64,000 nucleotides of DNA from Squalus acanthias. Taxonomy: Eukaryota. Position numbers and translations under genes: made by a program. Shown here piece after piece: positions 1 to 12,990 of the stretch (position 1 is its first letter; each line of letters starts with the position of its first letter). Where the stretch lies: assembly GCA_030390025.1 (NCBI GenBank), contig JASTWF010000048.1, positions 682,001 to 746,000 on the forward strand, read 5' to 3'. The notes under the pieces are model-generated. The model was not told the origin of the DNA. It was given only the letters and a program-made list of their open reading frames with translations, and did not search any database.

Positions 1-204
1 ACCCTCAGGGCAACTAAAGATGGACAATAATAATTAATGCTCAACTGAAAAACTGATGATCTGGCCATTCATCTCGTTGCTCTTTGTGGGCGATGTAGTT
101 CAATGTTCAGTATTTCAGCTGTGTGAAACCATCGCCGACAGAGTGAGCCCTTATGCAACTAAAGAAAGCATCTATTGAGCAGGTCGTCATGCAATCATTG
201 CATC

Positions 205-635
205 AAACGCACTCCTGGCTGGCCTCCACGTAAACTTGAGATCATCCAAAACTCGACTGCCCCGTGTCCTAACGCGCACCAAGTCCCGTTCACCCATCAC
301 CCCTGTGCTCGCTGACCTACATTGGCTCCCGCTTGAGCAACGCCTCGATTTCAAAATTCTCATCCTTGTTTTCAAATCCCTCCATGGCCTCGCCCCCTCC
401 CTATCTCTGTATTCTCCTCCAGCCCCACAACCCCCCGAGATATCTGCGCTCCTCTAATTCTGCCCTCTTGAGCATCCCTGGTTATAATCGCACCACCATT
501 GGTGGCCGTACCTTCTGTTGACTAGGACCTAAGCTCTGGAATTCCCTCCCTAAACTTCTCCGCCTGGCCACCTCTCTTTCCTGCTTTAAGACACTCCTTA
601 AAGGCGCTATATAAATACAAGTTGCTGTTGTTGTT
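205..635 (+). mobile_element. L2/CR1-group LINE 3' fragment
   Basis: ORF2 C-terminal motif ITPVLADLHWLP..R..FKI and (GTT)n tail; related copy at ~40878-41310. Confidence 0.7.
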
Positions 636-1979
636 ATAAAATAGCTGACGTATCAGAAACCTTCAGATACAATCTAGGTTTTGGAACCCCTGCCGAATAC
701 TACAACAACTTGAACTTTTATGACGCCTTTAAGGTAGTAAAAGATCGCTTACATGGGATTTAATTTGGCAAACAGCCGCTCATTAGATTAAATTCCAGAT
801 TACACAGAATTATATATAATTTACAGCACAGAAGCAGGTCACTCGGCCCAACTGGTCAGTGACGGTGTTTATGCGCCACTCGAGCCTTCTCTCAACTGTA
901 CGTATCTCACCCGATCAGCATATCTTTCTATTCCTTTCCCACTCATGTACGTATCTAGCATCAACTTGAATGCAGCCTCGACCATTGAAGTCAGTAGAGG
1001 GGAAAATTGAGCGGAGCGGATATCGGGCTGTCAATGCACTACCGCCCACTTTATCCGACGAATTGGCCAACGTCAGGGGAGGGAGGGGGTGAGTCAACGA
1101 ATGGAGGGGGATAAAAATTGATTCGCTTTGGCACCTCACATAGATACAAATGCGAAGCCAAAATTGAGTCGGGTTTGGGGGATTGTACCCTCGCCTCTCA
1201 CCTCCTCGTCTTTCTTGCAAGCGATAGAATTAACGTTGCTTCGACGTCACAACCGGTCACCGGAAGCGACATTAAAGTACCACCGCAGCTCCCTGCGCGA
1301 CCCAGAAGCTGGCGGGCTCTGAATAATGTTTTGCACTAAGATGTGATTAGATTCCCTCGCCCACTTTTGTCCTTCTGGTGCATTGTAAGCAGAGTGACTT
1401 ATTGAAACCACTGTAGAATGATTTGTTTCGACATAGTGTGTGTTTTTAAAATATATATTAAAATAAGCCAAATCGTGGCATTAACATAGCAATATGTGAT
1501 AATGGAAATCGGCATAAGAACCAGAGGGCGAGATGAGGAGAATGTTGAATTTATGAAGCGAATTGTTAAGATCCAGAATGCACTGCCTGGAATTGTGGTG
1601 AAAGCAGATTCAATATTAACTTTCAAAAGGAAATTAGATATATATTTTAAAAAAAACACATTTTAAGGCTATCGGCCACAGCAGGGGAGTGGGATTCATT
1701 GGATAGCTTTTTCTTCGATAGTGGTGCAAATAATACATCCTTACCATGTTAATGTGTGAATCAATCTAACTATGATTGTCCTTGATGTAAGTTAAGGTAT
1801 TTTATTTTCTGTATTTTATTCAGTGTGGCCTGTTTTACCGTAAACATTTTCTTTGGGTAACTTCAAGTTTCGCTGTCATTTGCATCCTTGCTGATCATGC
1901 AAGCTCTTCATAAACATGACTTTAGCTCTTGCTTTCACAAGGTCTAACCAGTTTTTCCAATCCTCCGAATTCTTTGCAG

Positions 1980-2288
1980 CCGGTTCCTCGGGAGACGTGG
2001 TGCATCAGTGGCCCGGCACGCTCGCAGTGACGGAGCGAGGAGCCGCCGAATTGAACTGTTACCAGAACGGAACCGCCCGCTGTCCCATTCTCTGGTATCG
2101 GCAGTACCCCGGAGAGGGCCTGGCTCTGATCGGGTACAGTGTGATGGGGAGCCAAGCTAATTAGGAAGCGAGTTTTGACTCCGGGTTTACAATCACCCGG
2201 AGTGTGGACAATAAGAAATCCGGGCTGCAGATAGACGGCGTCAAAGCGTCAGACGCGGCGGTGTATTTCTGTGCGGCTGGTGATGGAG
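1980..2288 (+). pseudogene. TRBV: TCR V segment pseudogene (V exon), TRBV-like
   Basis: Acceptor ttgcag|1980. Reads GSSGDVVHQWP..ELNCYQN..WYRQYPGEGL..AN*EASFDSGF..DAAVYFCAAGDG with in-frame TAG at 2162-2164; RSS heptamer mutated to CGCAGCG. Only a degenerate leader candidate (~1341-1384, gtaagc donor). Confidence 0.9.
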
Positions 2289-2327
2289 CGCAGCGTTTCA
2301 CAACCGTCCAGCGCCGTGACAAAAACC
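2289..2327 (+). other. 23-RSS with defective heptamer
   Basis: CGCAGCG (2289-2295), 23 bp, ACAAAAACC (2319-2327); the essential CAC is lost. Confidence 0.85.
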
Positions 2328-2384
2328 CCGTCAATGAAGGAACCAGCGCGTTTCGTCTCAAACGCAGACCCTGCCAGGTAGTCC

Positions 2385-2740
2385 GGGGGTTTCAATCAGA
2401 TAGAGTGGGCGCGGGGCTGTCCATCAGACAGTGAGGGGGCGGACTTTCAATCAGAATATGAGAGGGAGGGCCTGTCGATCGGAATCTGATGGGTTGGGGC
2501 TGTCAATCAGATTGTGGGGGGCGAACTCTCAATCAGAATGTGAGAGGGAGGGCCTGTCGATCGGACTCTGATTAGATCGGGCTTTCAAACAAGCTGTGAG
2601 GGGGTGGGGCTGTCAATCAGATGCTGAGACAGCCGAAGATGTCAATCAGACTGTGAGGGAGCGGGGCTATCAATTAGACTGAGAGAGCCAAAATTTGTCA
2701 ATCAGGTTGTGCGTGGGAGGCGCTGTCAATTTGACTGTGA
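2385..2740 (+). repeat. GC-rich degenerate repeat with GGGGC..CTGTCAATCAGA core
   Basis: Repeated ctgtcaatcaga cores; same type at ~19230-19740, 23120-23470, 29850-30480, 57100-57190. Confidence 0.8.
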
Positions 2741-2769
2741 GGGAGGGTAGTTCTGGGACGGAGGGTTTC

Positions 2770-3720
2770 CACGGCAGTGCTGGAGTGGCAGCACTGAGGG
2801 AGCGCTGCAATCTGGCAAGGGCAGTACTGAGAGAACGATGCACTCTCGGAAGGGCAGTACGGACGGAGCTTTGCACTGTCGGAGGGGCAGTACTGAGGGT
2901 GTGGTTTACTGTGGGACGGGGCAGTACTGAGGGAGCGCTGCACTGTCGGAGGGGCTGGACCGTGGGAGCGCTGCATTGTCGGATGGCAGTACTGCGGGTG
3001 TACTTCACTTCTGGAGGGGCAGTAGTGACGGAGCGCTGCACTGTCGGAGGGTCAGTACTGAGGGAGCGCTGTACTGTCAAAGGGGCAGTACTGAGCGAGC
3101 GCTGCACTGTCGGAAGGGCAGTACTGAGGGAGCGCCACACTGTCGGAGGGTCTGTACTGAGGGAGCGCTGCACTGTCAGAGGGGCAGTACTGAGCGAGCG
3201 GTGCACTGTCGGAGGGGCAGTACTGATCGAGCGCTGCACTGTCGGAGGGGCAGTAATGAGGGTGTGCCTCACTGTGGGAGAGGGCATTACTGAGGGACTG
3301 CTGCACTGTGTGAGCAGTACTGAGGGAGTGCTGTATTGTCGGAGGGGTCAGTAGTAAGGAAGTGATGTAGTGTGCGAGACGCAATGCTGAAGGAAGGGCC
3401 AGTAATGAGGAGGCGCTGCACTATCAGAGGGGCTTGACGGAGGGAGCCCTGCAATGTCGGAGGGGCTGTACTGAGGGAGCACTGCACTTCTGGAGGGGCA
3501 GTACTGAGGGACTGCCGCACTGTCGGAGGGGCAGTACTGAGGGAGCAATGCACTGTCGGAAGGGCAGTGTTGAGGGAGCGCTGCACTGTCGGAGGGGCAG
3601 TACTGAGGGAGCGCTGCACTGTCGGAGGGGCAGCACTCAGGGTGTGCTGCACTGTCGGAGGGGCAGTACTGAGGGAGCGCTGCACTGTCGGAGGTTATGG
3701 ACTGAGGGAGCGCTGCAATA
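2770..3720 (+). repeat. 33-bp minisatellite expanded inside a SINE
   Basis: Unit ACTGAGGGAGCGCTGCACTGTCGGAGGGGCAGT; runs into SINE body (gtctttcggatgagacg..) that continues to ~4030. Confidence 0.9.
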
Positions 3721-4599
3721 TCTGAAGTGCTGTCTTTCGGATGAGACGCTAAACTGAGTCCCCTTCTGCCCTTTTATGTGTACGTAAATGATTCCCTGGC
3801 ACTATTTCAAGGAAGAGCGGAGAATTTCTCCCTGGAATCCTGGCCAATGATTATCCTTCAACCATCATCACCAATACAGCATTTGTTTTCACTTATTTCA
3901 CTTCCGTTATTGGGAGGTTGCTGTGCACACATTGGCTGCAACATTTCTTGTATTACAATAACGACTACACTTGAAAAATAATTAATTTGCAGTGAAGCAC
4001 TTTGAGACGTCATGGGGAAGTGAAAGGGACTANNNNNNNNNNNNNNNNNNNNNNNNNNNNNNNNNNNNNNNNNNNNNNNNNNNNNNNNNNNNNNNNNNNN
4101 NNNNNNNNNNNNNNNNNNNNNNNNNNNNNNNNNNNNNNNNNNNNNNNNNNNNNNNNNNNNNNNNNNNNNNNNNNNNNNNNNNNNNNNNNNNNNNNNNNNN
4201 NNNNNNNNNNNNNNNNNNNNNNNNNNNNNNNNNNNNNNNNNNNNNNNNNNNNNTCTTCATGCCATGCAAACGTGGAAAACCAGATGAAGCAATGACAGCC
4301 AATGGGAGCGACTCTGCAACTGCAGCAGGTTGCTCGTCAGAATTGCGGCTAGCAATCATTACTGTAAAATCTGCAGAATATGCGGAGAACAATTAAGATC
4401 AAATCAAAGAAGTCCAATTCACATTCAATCCTCTTCTGTTGAATTCCAAGTGACAAAAGAGCACCACACCATGTGCCATCCCGAACAGTTCTGGTCTCCA
4501 TATTACAAAAAGTATATCGAGGTACATGGAGAAGGAGCAAACATTTCTTTATATGAATGATACCAGAATTGAGAGGATTTAACCATCAGAAAAGAGAGA

Positions 4600-5465
4600 C
4601 TCCAGTCAGTGTACAGATATCTCCATGAGGTAGAGGGACTGAGACACCAGTCAGTGTACAGATATCTTCCTGACAGAGAGGGACTCAGAAACACCAATCA
4701 GTGTACAGATATCTCCCTGAAAGAGAGGGACAGAGAGACACCAGTCAGTGTACAGATATACCCCTGAGAGGGAGGGGACTGAGAGACACCAGTCAGTGTC
4801 AAGATATCTCCCTGAGGGAGAGGGGGCTGAGAGACACCGGTCAGTGTACATATATCTTCCTGAGAGAGAGAGAAAGAGAGACACCAGCCAGTGTACAGAT
4901 ATCTTCCTGAGAGAGAGGGACTGAGAGACACCAGTCAGTGTACAGATATCTCACTGAGGGAGATGGGACTGAGAGACACCAGTCAGTGTACAGATATCTC
5001 CCTGAGAGAGAGAGACTGAGAGACACGCGTCAGTGTACAACTATCTCCCTGAGAGAGAGGGACCGAGAGACACCAGTCAGTGTACAGATATCTCCCTGAG
5101 AGAGAGGGACTTAGAAACACCAATCAGTGTACCGCTATCTCGCTGAGAGAGAGGGACAGAGAGACACCAGTCAGTGTACAGATATCCCCCTGAGAGAGAG
5201 GGGACTGAGAGACACCAGTCAGTGTAAAGATATCTCAGAGAGTGAGAGGGGACTGAGAGACACCAGTCAGTGTACAGATATCTTCCTGAGAGAGAGAGAA
5301 AGAGAGACACCAGTCAGTGTACAGATATCTTCCTGAGAGAGAGATTGACTGAGAGACACCAGTCAGTGTACAGCTATCTCCCTGAGGGAGAGGGGACTGA
5401 GAGACACCACTCAGTGTACAGATATCTCCCTGAGAGCGTGACTGAGAGACACTAGTCAGTGCACA
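4600..5465 (+). repeat. ~47-bp minisatellite
   Basis: Unit CAGTCAGTGTACAGATATCTCCCTGAGAGAGAGGGACTGAGAGACAC; paralogous array at ~46440-47020. Confidence 0.9.
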
Positions 5466-6466
5466 AATTATTCCCTGATATAAAGGCTGAAGTCCATTCC
5501 TGTTGTGATAAACCAGGATAAAAGACAGCCATTTTTTGCTTGACTGTGTACATTTCTGGTCTCCATATTATAAGAAGGGATATAGAAGCACTGGAGAAGG
5601 TGCAAGGAAAAGATTTCAAGCATTGTTTCAGAAACGGAGAGAATTTTAACTATCAGGAAAGGCTGAACAGGCTGGGGCTCTTTTATCCAGAAAATAGAAG
5701 CCCGAGAGGTGACCTGACTGAGGTCTTTAAGATTATGAAAAGTTTTGAGAGGGTAGACGTAGAAAGGAACTTTCCTCTTGTGGGGAGATCGAATCTAGGG
5801 ACCATCAATATAAGATAGTCGCTAATAAATCCAGCTGGGAATCCAGGAATAAGCTCTTTACTCAGAGAGTGGTTAGAATGTGGAACCGGTTATGACAAGT
5901 AGTTACAGTGCACATTTCTTGACTCCATAGTATAAAATGACATTGAGGCACTGGAGAATGTCCAAAAAAGATTTACTGGAATGATAGCAGAACTGAGAGG
6001 GGACAGCTATCAGGAAATCTAGATGAACACTTTGTTGAGAAAGGAAAAGAAAGATATATTGATAGGGTGAGATGAGAAGTCTTGTGTTGTGCATACACAC
6101 CGGTATGGACCTGCTGTGCCGAAAGGCTTGATTTTGTGTCCCATTCCCAAATACTATGTAATTCTTTGTACAGTAGCAAATCGTTGTTGTAAAAACAAAA
6201 CACTCAACATGTCAGGCAGCATCTTTGATATATACATTAATATAATTATAATAATATCAGTTTTATCATATTTGTATTTTTACTGTTTTATTTTATCAAC
6301 GCAATCGTCGAGTTGAAACATCGGAAATGAAACTAATTCATAGATTTATAAAATGTACCGCGGCTGAGAGGAAATTAATTAAAACTTATGTACCTTCTGT
6401 TGTCTGTAGTTACCGCACCGAGCCGCAAAAACCATACAAGGACAAATATAGCACCTTCCGCTGGGT

Positions 6467-6476
6467 GGTGATGTCA
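6467..6476 (+). promoter_or_regulatory. CRE-like V-beta promoter decamer
   Basis: GGTGATGTCA ~105 bp upstream of the leader ATG, 9/10 to the mammalian Vbeta decamer AGTGAYRTCA; Ets-like CGGAAGT follows. Confidence 0.55.
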
Positions 6477-6580
6477 ATTCCTTATTGCCAGACAAAAGAA
6501 ACAGAAGCGGAAGTAGCAGCTTGTGGTAGATGCCAGGCGAGTGAACACGAGAACAGATCATCTGCTGAACGCCTGACAGC

Positions 6581-6626
6581 ATGACCTCTACCACTTTCGT
6601 GTGTTCCGTGTTCCTGCTTCTCTTAT
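6581..6626 (+). CDS. TRBV: V leader exon (for V at 7202)
   Basis: ATG, MTSTTFVCSVFLLLL, phase-1 donor t|gtaagt. Confidence 0.85.
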
Positions 6627-7201
6627 GTAAGTATTTTCGCTGTGGTGGAATTTTTTCAGTTGTCAACTTACTTGTGATATCTCAAATTGTGGTTGTTCCT
6701 ATCGCAGTTGCTCTGCTTTAATTTGATAGCAGTCTGTATTCTAATAAGAACAGGGAGCATCCCGCCCCAGTCCCACCTCTAACTCAGGACAGACCGGAAT
6801 AAAGGAAAGAAGTAACTTCGAATCCTATAGCGCCAATCAGGAGCTCAGGATGTTCCAAAGTGCTTTACAACTTTTAAAGTGTTGTCACTGTTATAATGTA
6901 GGAAACGCGGGCAGCCAATTTGCGTACAGCAAGCTCACACACAAATAGCAATAGGATAATGACCAGATCATCTGTTTTTGTTTAGTGATAGTGGTTGAGA
7001 GATAAATATTGGCCCAGGACAGGCCGAAGTTGATCCTGGAGTTTTCCTGGTCTGAATGGCTCGGTGCTACAACGGGCCATGTATTTACCCAAACACCCAT
7101 TGTTCAGACGAGCTTTTCGAGGTTTTGATGAAACACTTGTCCCACGTTTCTGATTTCAGCTTGGCTCCTCTTTTCTATCCCCTTTCATTTTTGTTCTTCA
7201 G

Positions 7202-7503
7202 CCCCATCTAGATGTTCCATCGTCCACCAGTGGGGGAGACGGTTGTCCGTTGGAAAGGGTCAAGAGGTGGAAATGCACTGTTACCAGAACGACACCAGCA
7301 ATGCAAGGATGCACTGGTACCGGCAGTACAGCGGGGCAGGTTTGCAGCTCGTCGCGACCTCGGTATCCGGCAGTGAGCCAACACACGAGGATGGATTCAA
7401 GGAAAGGTTTGAAGTAAAGAGACTTGATCGTAAGTCCTGCAGCCTGAAAATACTGAGCGTCGAGCCGACTGACACGGCGGCCTATTACTGCGCTGCTACA
7501 CAG
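7202..7503 (+). CDS. TRBV: TCR beta-like V segment, V exon (intact)
   Basis: Acceptor cttcag|. Open frame PSRCSIVHQWG..EMHCYQND..MHWYRQYSGAGL..RFEVKR..DTAAYYCAATQ with canonical C/W/C, followed by RSS. Confidence 0.93.
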
Positions 7504-7542
7504 CACAGCGATTCAAACAAGCGCAGAGCCGGTTCAAAAACT
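7504..7542 (+). other. 23-RSS
   Basis: CACAGCG, 23 bp, TCAAAAACT. Confidence 0.9.
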
Positions 7543-9117
7543 CACTGCAACTCCGAACAGAAATATGCCGCGAGCCCGAGACCTTCCCTCGCACGCTTAA
7601 CACGCACGACATTGCTCTGTCCGCTATTATAATTTTCATTTATGTTAAACCAGTATATACATCCTGAAAACAGACGATACGATATCATTATACTTGGGGG
7701 ATACGCGTTTGCCCTGATCAACCCGGCTGTCATTTCAATGCAATCATCTTCTATCAGGCACCGATAGAGGGAGCTCTGGTATAACAAGAAGAAGATGACA
7801 TTGAAACTTGCAGACTCATAGCAATATAGCAACAGGAGTCGACCATTCAGCCACTCGAGCCTGTTACATATGAATAGGAGTAGATCAGTTAGCCAGTTCC
7901 ACCATTTAATTCGATCATGGCTGATCTGTATCTTAACTGCATTTCCTCGCCTTGGTTTCAGAAACCGTAACAGTTTTGCAGAAAAAAAATCTATTAATAT
8001 CAGTTTTGACATTTTCCATTGACCCCCAGCCTCAACAGCTGTTTGGGGAAGAGCGTTTCAGATTTCCACTTACCTTTTTCTGATTAAGTGCTTCCTGAAA
8101 TCACCCCATGACAGCCGAGCTCTCAGTTTGTTTTCCCTTTTTCTGGACTTTCCCATCGGAGGAAATAATTTCTTTCTATCTACCCAATCAGATCCTTTTT
8201 TATCAAACATAAACACCAAAAGTTTTTATGCAAAAGTTAGGTGAAGGTGCAAGAGCTACAGTGCAGAACAGCGGTAGTATCAACACATATGAGAAAGTGT
8301 GAGATAAATTAAGATTATTTTCTTTGTATTCATTCTCGGGATGTGAGCGTCGCTGGCAAAAAAAAATGCCCATCCCTGATTGCCCCTTGAGAAGGTGGTG
8401 GTGGGCCTTCTCTTGAACAGCTGCAGTCCCGTGTGGCGAAGGTGCCGCCTCAACGCTGTTCGATAGGGAGTTCCAAGATTTTGACACAGTGTCGCTGAAG
8501 GAACGGCCGATTCATGTCCAAATTTGGACGGAGTGTTGGTGACCTGGAGGGGGACTTGGCAGTGCTGATGTTTCCATTGGACCTGCTGCCTTGTTGGGTT
8601 ATTAAAGCTTAGACACTGATTTCTAAAGCTCGGGGAACCGCACAGTAGAAGTCCCACTGGACCAAAACACTTCCATTCAGGCATAACGATTACACCAGGG
8701 AAACGGGCCGTTCCAATGAGTGACGCCGTGTAATTAACCCTCCACGTCAAAAAATATTTCGCAACACATTTAATCGCCCTCTCTTCCGGCACACAACATG
8801 AAAAGACCTACAAGAGCTCCGTAGCAGGACATACAGCTCGACCTCGAAATTCATTCGAATCAATCGCTAACCGACTGAGCCAGTTGCCCAACTCGCCCCA
8901 TTCACCACCAGTCAACCCCATACAATGACACCCGGCAGGGAACGGAACCATTTCCTGTCTCACACTGCTTTCGACCAGGTCGTCTGAATATTATGTCACA
9001 CTGGAAGTGAAGGATCAGAAGGCAACCCTCCTTCTCATGATGTCATATCCGGCTGTCAATTTTACCGTCTGCTGCCTGCAATTTGTCCAATAGCGGATTC
9101 AGCCCAAAGGCTGTAGG

Positions 9118-9163
9118 ATGCAGTCAGACATTTGCTTCATTATCCTCTGGCCGCTGTTTCCAT
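9118..9163 (+). other. Orphan V leader exon (paralog of leader at 50381)
   Basis: MQSDICFIILWPLFP t|gtacgc, preceded by CATGATGTCA (9036-9045); homologous to 50381-50426. Confidence 0.7.
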
Positions 9164-9261
9164 GTACGCTGTTTTAATGATTTGCAAAGAGCGGGTTGGA
9201 TCACAAGACTCAACCCTCTTGTTTTCGCTGATTTCATTTTTAAAAGTAAATCTTAAAGTAA

Positions 9262-9301
9262 AAGCTGTATCTTGTATTGTGCCTCGTGATCTTATTTCAA
9301 T
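9262..9301 (+). pseudogene. Degenerate leader exon (AAG in place of ATG) for V at 9486
   Basis: (K)LYLVLCLVILFQ t|gtaagt: hydrophobic, phase 1, no ATG. Confidence 0.55.
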
Positions 9302-9485
9302 GTAAGTGATTTTTTCATACAATAATCTTTGTTACTAAGCTTTCTTTACTCTTTCTTTCCTTCTTTCTTTCTTTCTTTCCTTGCATCCTTTATTCTCTCT
9401 TTCTCTCGCCCTTTACTTCTTTCTTTCTACACTACCCAGAATGTTACTGTTTGCTGACCTCTTCCTTATCCCCTCTCTTTCCCAG

Positions 9486-9781
9486 ACGTGAACTCAGAGA
9501 CGGTTGGTCAGACTCCCGCCGCTGTCTCCAATATTCCTGGGAAGGGAGCGGAACTAAAGTGCTCCGTGGAGGGCGCCAGTAGCGGCTACATGTACTGGTA
9601 CAGACAATACCCGGGGAAGGAGCTGCAGTCCATGTTTTACTCCACTATTATCAATCACGTGGATCCAGAGGGGATGGTGGACGGTTTTACCGCCGAGTGA
9701 CCGAAAGGCAACGAGTTCAACCTGAATTCCTCCAGCCTGCAGGCGAATCACTCGGCCGTGTATTACTGCGCCTGGAGTCTT
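9486..9781 (+). pseudogene. TRBV: TCR beta-like V pseudogene, CAWS-ending family
   Basis: VNSETVGQTP..ELKCSVEG..YMYWYRQYPGKEL..GFTAE*PKGNEFNL..HSAVYYCAWSL; single in-frame TGA at 9698-9700 (likely CGA>TGA). Confidence 0.92.
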
Positions 9782-9820
9782 CACAGTGACTCAGAGAGAT
9801 GGAGGAGCTCAACAAATACC
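9782..9820 (+). other. 23-RSS
   Basis: CACAGTG, 23 bp, ACAAATACC. Confidence 0.9.
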
Positions 9821-10704
9821 CCAAAGGCGGCAGAAAACACCTGTGGATGATGAAACAGCGCGGTGACGCGTCCTGTTGTGTTTATTTCACAGAGCGAACG
9901 TGTTTTTGGCAAGAAAAACAGACGGGCTAGAATAAAAGCGAGAAATTAGATTAAAAATGCACTGAAGAAGCTGCAAAGAAAGACAAGTTAAATATAGTGA
10001 AGAACGATAGAACGAAAGTAAATAGAAAGAAAGAAGGAAAGAAAGTGAAGAAGAACGAAAAAAGTAAGACAGACAAAAAAATAGAATGATATAAAGAAAG
10101 AAACAAGTCTGAAAAGAAAAAAGAAACGAAGAAAGATAGAGAAAGAAAGGAAGAAAGATACACAGAAAGAAAGGAAGAAAGAAAGATAGAAAGAAGGAAA
10201 TGAGGTGAAAAGACTGTCGAGCTTTCACATACTGACAGTGTGTTTTCTTTCTCCGCAGAGACTTCAGAGGGCGCCCTAGGACCATGAAACACACGGTTGC
10301 TTGTAATATGGTTTAATATGGAACAGAAGGAGACCATTCAGTCCCTTTGAGCCTTTACATAGGAACTGGAGAACGCCATTAAGCATCCTCGAGACCGTAT
10401 ACACAGGTACAGGAGTAGGCACATTCAGCCACACGAGCCTGTTACACAGTAACTGGAGGAGCCTAACACAGCCACTCAAAGCCTTTTACATAGGAAGAAG
10501 AGGAGGACATTCAGCCCCTCGAGTATGCTCTGCGAGCCAATTAGATCATGGTTGATGTGTATCTTCATTCTACCGAACCGCATTTGCTGCATATACCTCG
10601 ATACACTTATCCTACAAATATTTATCAATCACAGTCTTGAAAGCTACAATGTCCCTCAGCCTCAACAGATTCTGGGAGAAGAAGGTTCCACATTTCCAGT
10701 ATCG

Positions 10705-12990
10705 TTGTGTGAAGAGTGACCATGACATGATAGAATTCTTCATTAAGATGGAAAGTGAAGCAGTCCAATCCGAAACTCGGGTCCTAAATCTAAACAAAGG
10801 AAACTACGAAGGGATAAGGAGGGAGATGGCTATGATAGATTGGGGAGCTTCATTAAAAGGTATGACGGTGGATAGGCAATGGATGACATTTAAGGAATGA
10901 ATGCATGAATTGCAGCACTGATACATTCCTTTCTGGCACAAAAACACAAAAGGAAAAGCGGCCCAACCATGTCTAAAAAAAGATATTTAGGATAGTATTA
11001 GATCCAAAGTCGAGACATATAAAGTTGCCAGAAAAAGTAGCAAGCCTGAGGATTGGGAACAGTTTAGAGTTCAGCAAAAAAGGACCAAGGGACTGATTAA
11101 CAGGGGAAACATAGAGTGTGAGATTAAATTTGCAAGGAACATAAAAGCCGACGGTTAAAGCTTCTACAAGTATGTAAAAAGAAAAAGATTAGTGAAGACA
11201 AATGTAGGTCCCTTACATTCAGAAACGGTAGAAGTTATATTGGGGAACAAGTAAATGGCAGAGCATTTAAACACAAACTTTGGTTATGTTTTCCCCGAAG
11301 AGGACACAAATAACTTCCCTGAAATGATAGGGAACCAAGGGTCTAGTGAGAAGGAGGAATTAGCGGATTTTAGTATCAGAAATAAAATAGTGCTGGAGAA
11401 ATTAACGTGACTGAAAGCCGATAAATCCCCAGGGCCTAATAATCTGCATCCCAGAATACTAAAATAGGTAACCATGGAAATAGTGGATGCATTGGTTGTC
11501 ATCTTCCAAAATTCTGTAGATTATGGAACAGGTCCTGCAGATTGGAGGGTGGCAAATGTAACCCCACTATTTAAAAAAAGGAGGGAGAGAAAAAACAGGG
11601 TACTACAGACCGGTCAACCTAACATCAGTAGTAGGGAAAAGGCTAGAGTCTATTATAAAGGATGTGATAACAGGGCACTTAGAAAATATCAACGGGATTA
11701 GACAAAATCAATATGGTTTTAGGAAAGGGAAATCGTGTTTGACAAACCTACTGGAGTTTTTTGAGCATGTAACTGGTAGAATAGATAAGGGAGAACCAGT
11801 GGATGTGGTGTATTTGGATTTTGAGAAGGCCTTTGATAAAGTCCCATATCAGAGGTTAGTGTGCACAATTAAAGCACATGATATTGGTGGTAATATACTG
11901 GCATGGACTGAAAATTGGTTAACAGACAGGCAACAGATAGTAGGAATAAATGCGTCTTTTTTGGGTGGCATTCGGTGACTCGTGAGGTACTGCAGGGATC
12001 CGTGTTTGGGCCCCAACTGTTCACAATATATATCAATGACTTGGATGAGGGAACCAAATGTAACATTTCCAAGTTTGCTGAAGACACGAAACTTGGTGGG
12101 AATGTGAGTTGTGAGGAGGATGCAAAGAGGTTAGAAGGCGATTTAGACAAGTTGAGTGAGTGGGCAAAATCATGGCAGATGCAGTACAACGTGGATAAAT
12201 GTGAAGTTATCTGCTTCGATAGGAAAAACAGAAAAGCAGAGTATCATTTAAATAGTGATAGATTGGGATAGATGTAAAAGGGACCTGGGTGTCCTTGTAC
12301 ACCAGTCACTGAAAGCAAACATGCAGGTGCAGCAAGCAGGCAGGAAGGCAAACGGTATGTTGGCCTTCGTTGCAAGAGGATTTGAGTACAGGAGCAATGA
12401 AGACTTACTACAGTTATACAGGGCCTTGTTGAGAATACACCTGGAGTACTGTGTATAGTTTTGTTCTCCTTACATAAGAAAGGATATACTTGCCAGAGAG
12501 GGTATGCAGCGAAGGTTCACCAGACTGATTCCTGGAATGGCCTGACTGTCGTATGAGGAGAGATTGGGTCGATTAGGCCTGTATTCACTACAGATTAGAA
12601 GAATGAGAGGGGATCTCATTAAAACGTGTAAAATTCTGACAGCGCTACACAGACTGGATGCAGGGAGGATGTTTCGCCTGGCTGGGCTGTCTTGAACGAG
12701 GGTTCACAGTCTCAGGATACGGGGAAGGACATTTAGGACTGAGATGAGAAGACATTTCTTCACTCAGAGGGTGAGGAACCTGTGAAATTCTCCAGCACAG
12801 AAGGCTGTGGAGTTCAAATCACTGAATATATTTAAGAAGGAGTTAGATAGATTTCTAGATGCAAAATGCGTCAATGGGTATGGGGAGAGAGCGGAAATAT
12901 GGTGTTGAGATAGAGAATCAGCCATGGTGGAGCAGGCTCGGAAGGCCGAAAAGTTTACTCCTGCTCCCACTTTTCTATGTTTCTATGCTT
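10705..12990 (+). mobile_element. CR1 LINE, 5'-truncated and decayed
   Basis: ORF2/RT motifs KSDHD, KGKSCLTNLLEFF, YLDFEKAFDKV, QGSVFGPQLFTIYINDLD; (TTCTATG)n tail. Confidence 0.9.

Noticed and set aside
2670-3757. Long ORFs on both strands (STAPPTVQRSL repeats), also at 37084-38184 and 45990-46481
   Set aside because: Artefact of a stop-poor 33-bp minisatellite; no gene structure.
4600-5465. Regular repeat arrays that look CRISPR-like (also 52410-53515 and 57940-58197)
   Set aside because: Head-to-tail units with no unique spacers, no cas genes, vertebrate context.
10240-10310. Polypyrimidine tract plus CAG acceptor-like site, possibly a V remnant
   Set aside because: No recognisable V motifs or RSS follow.
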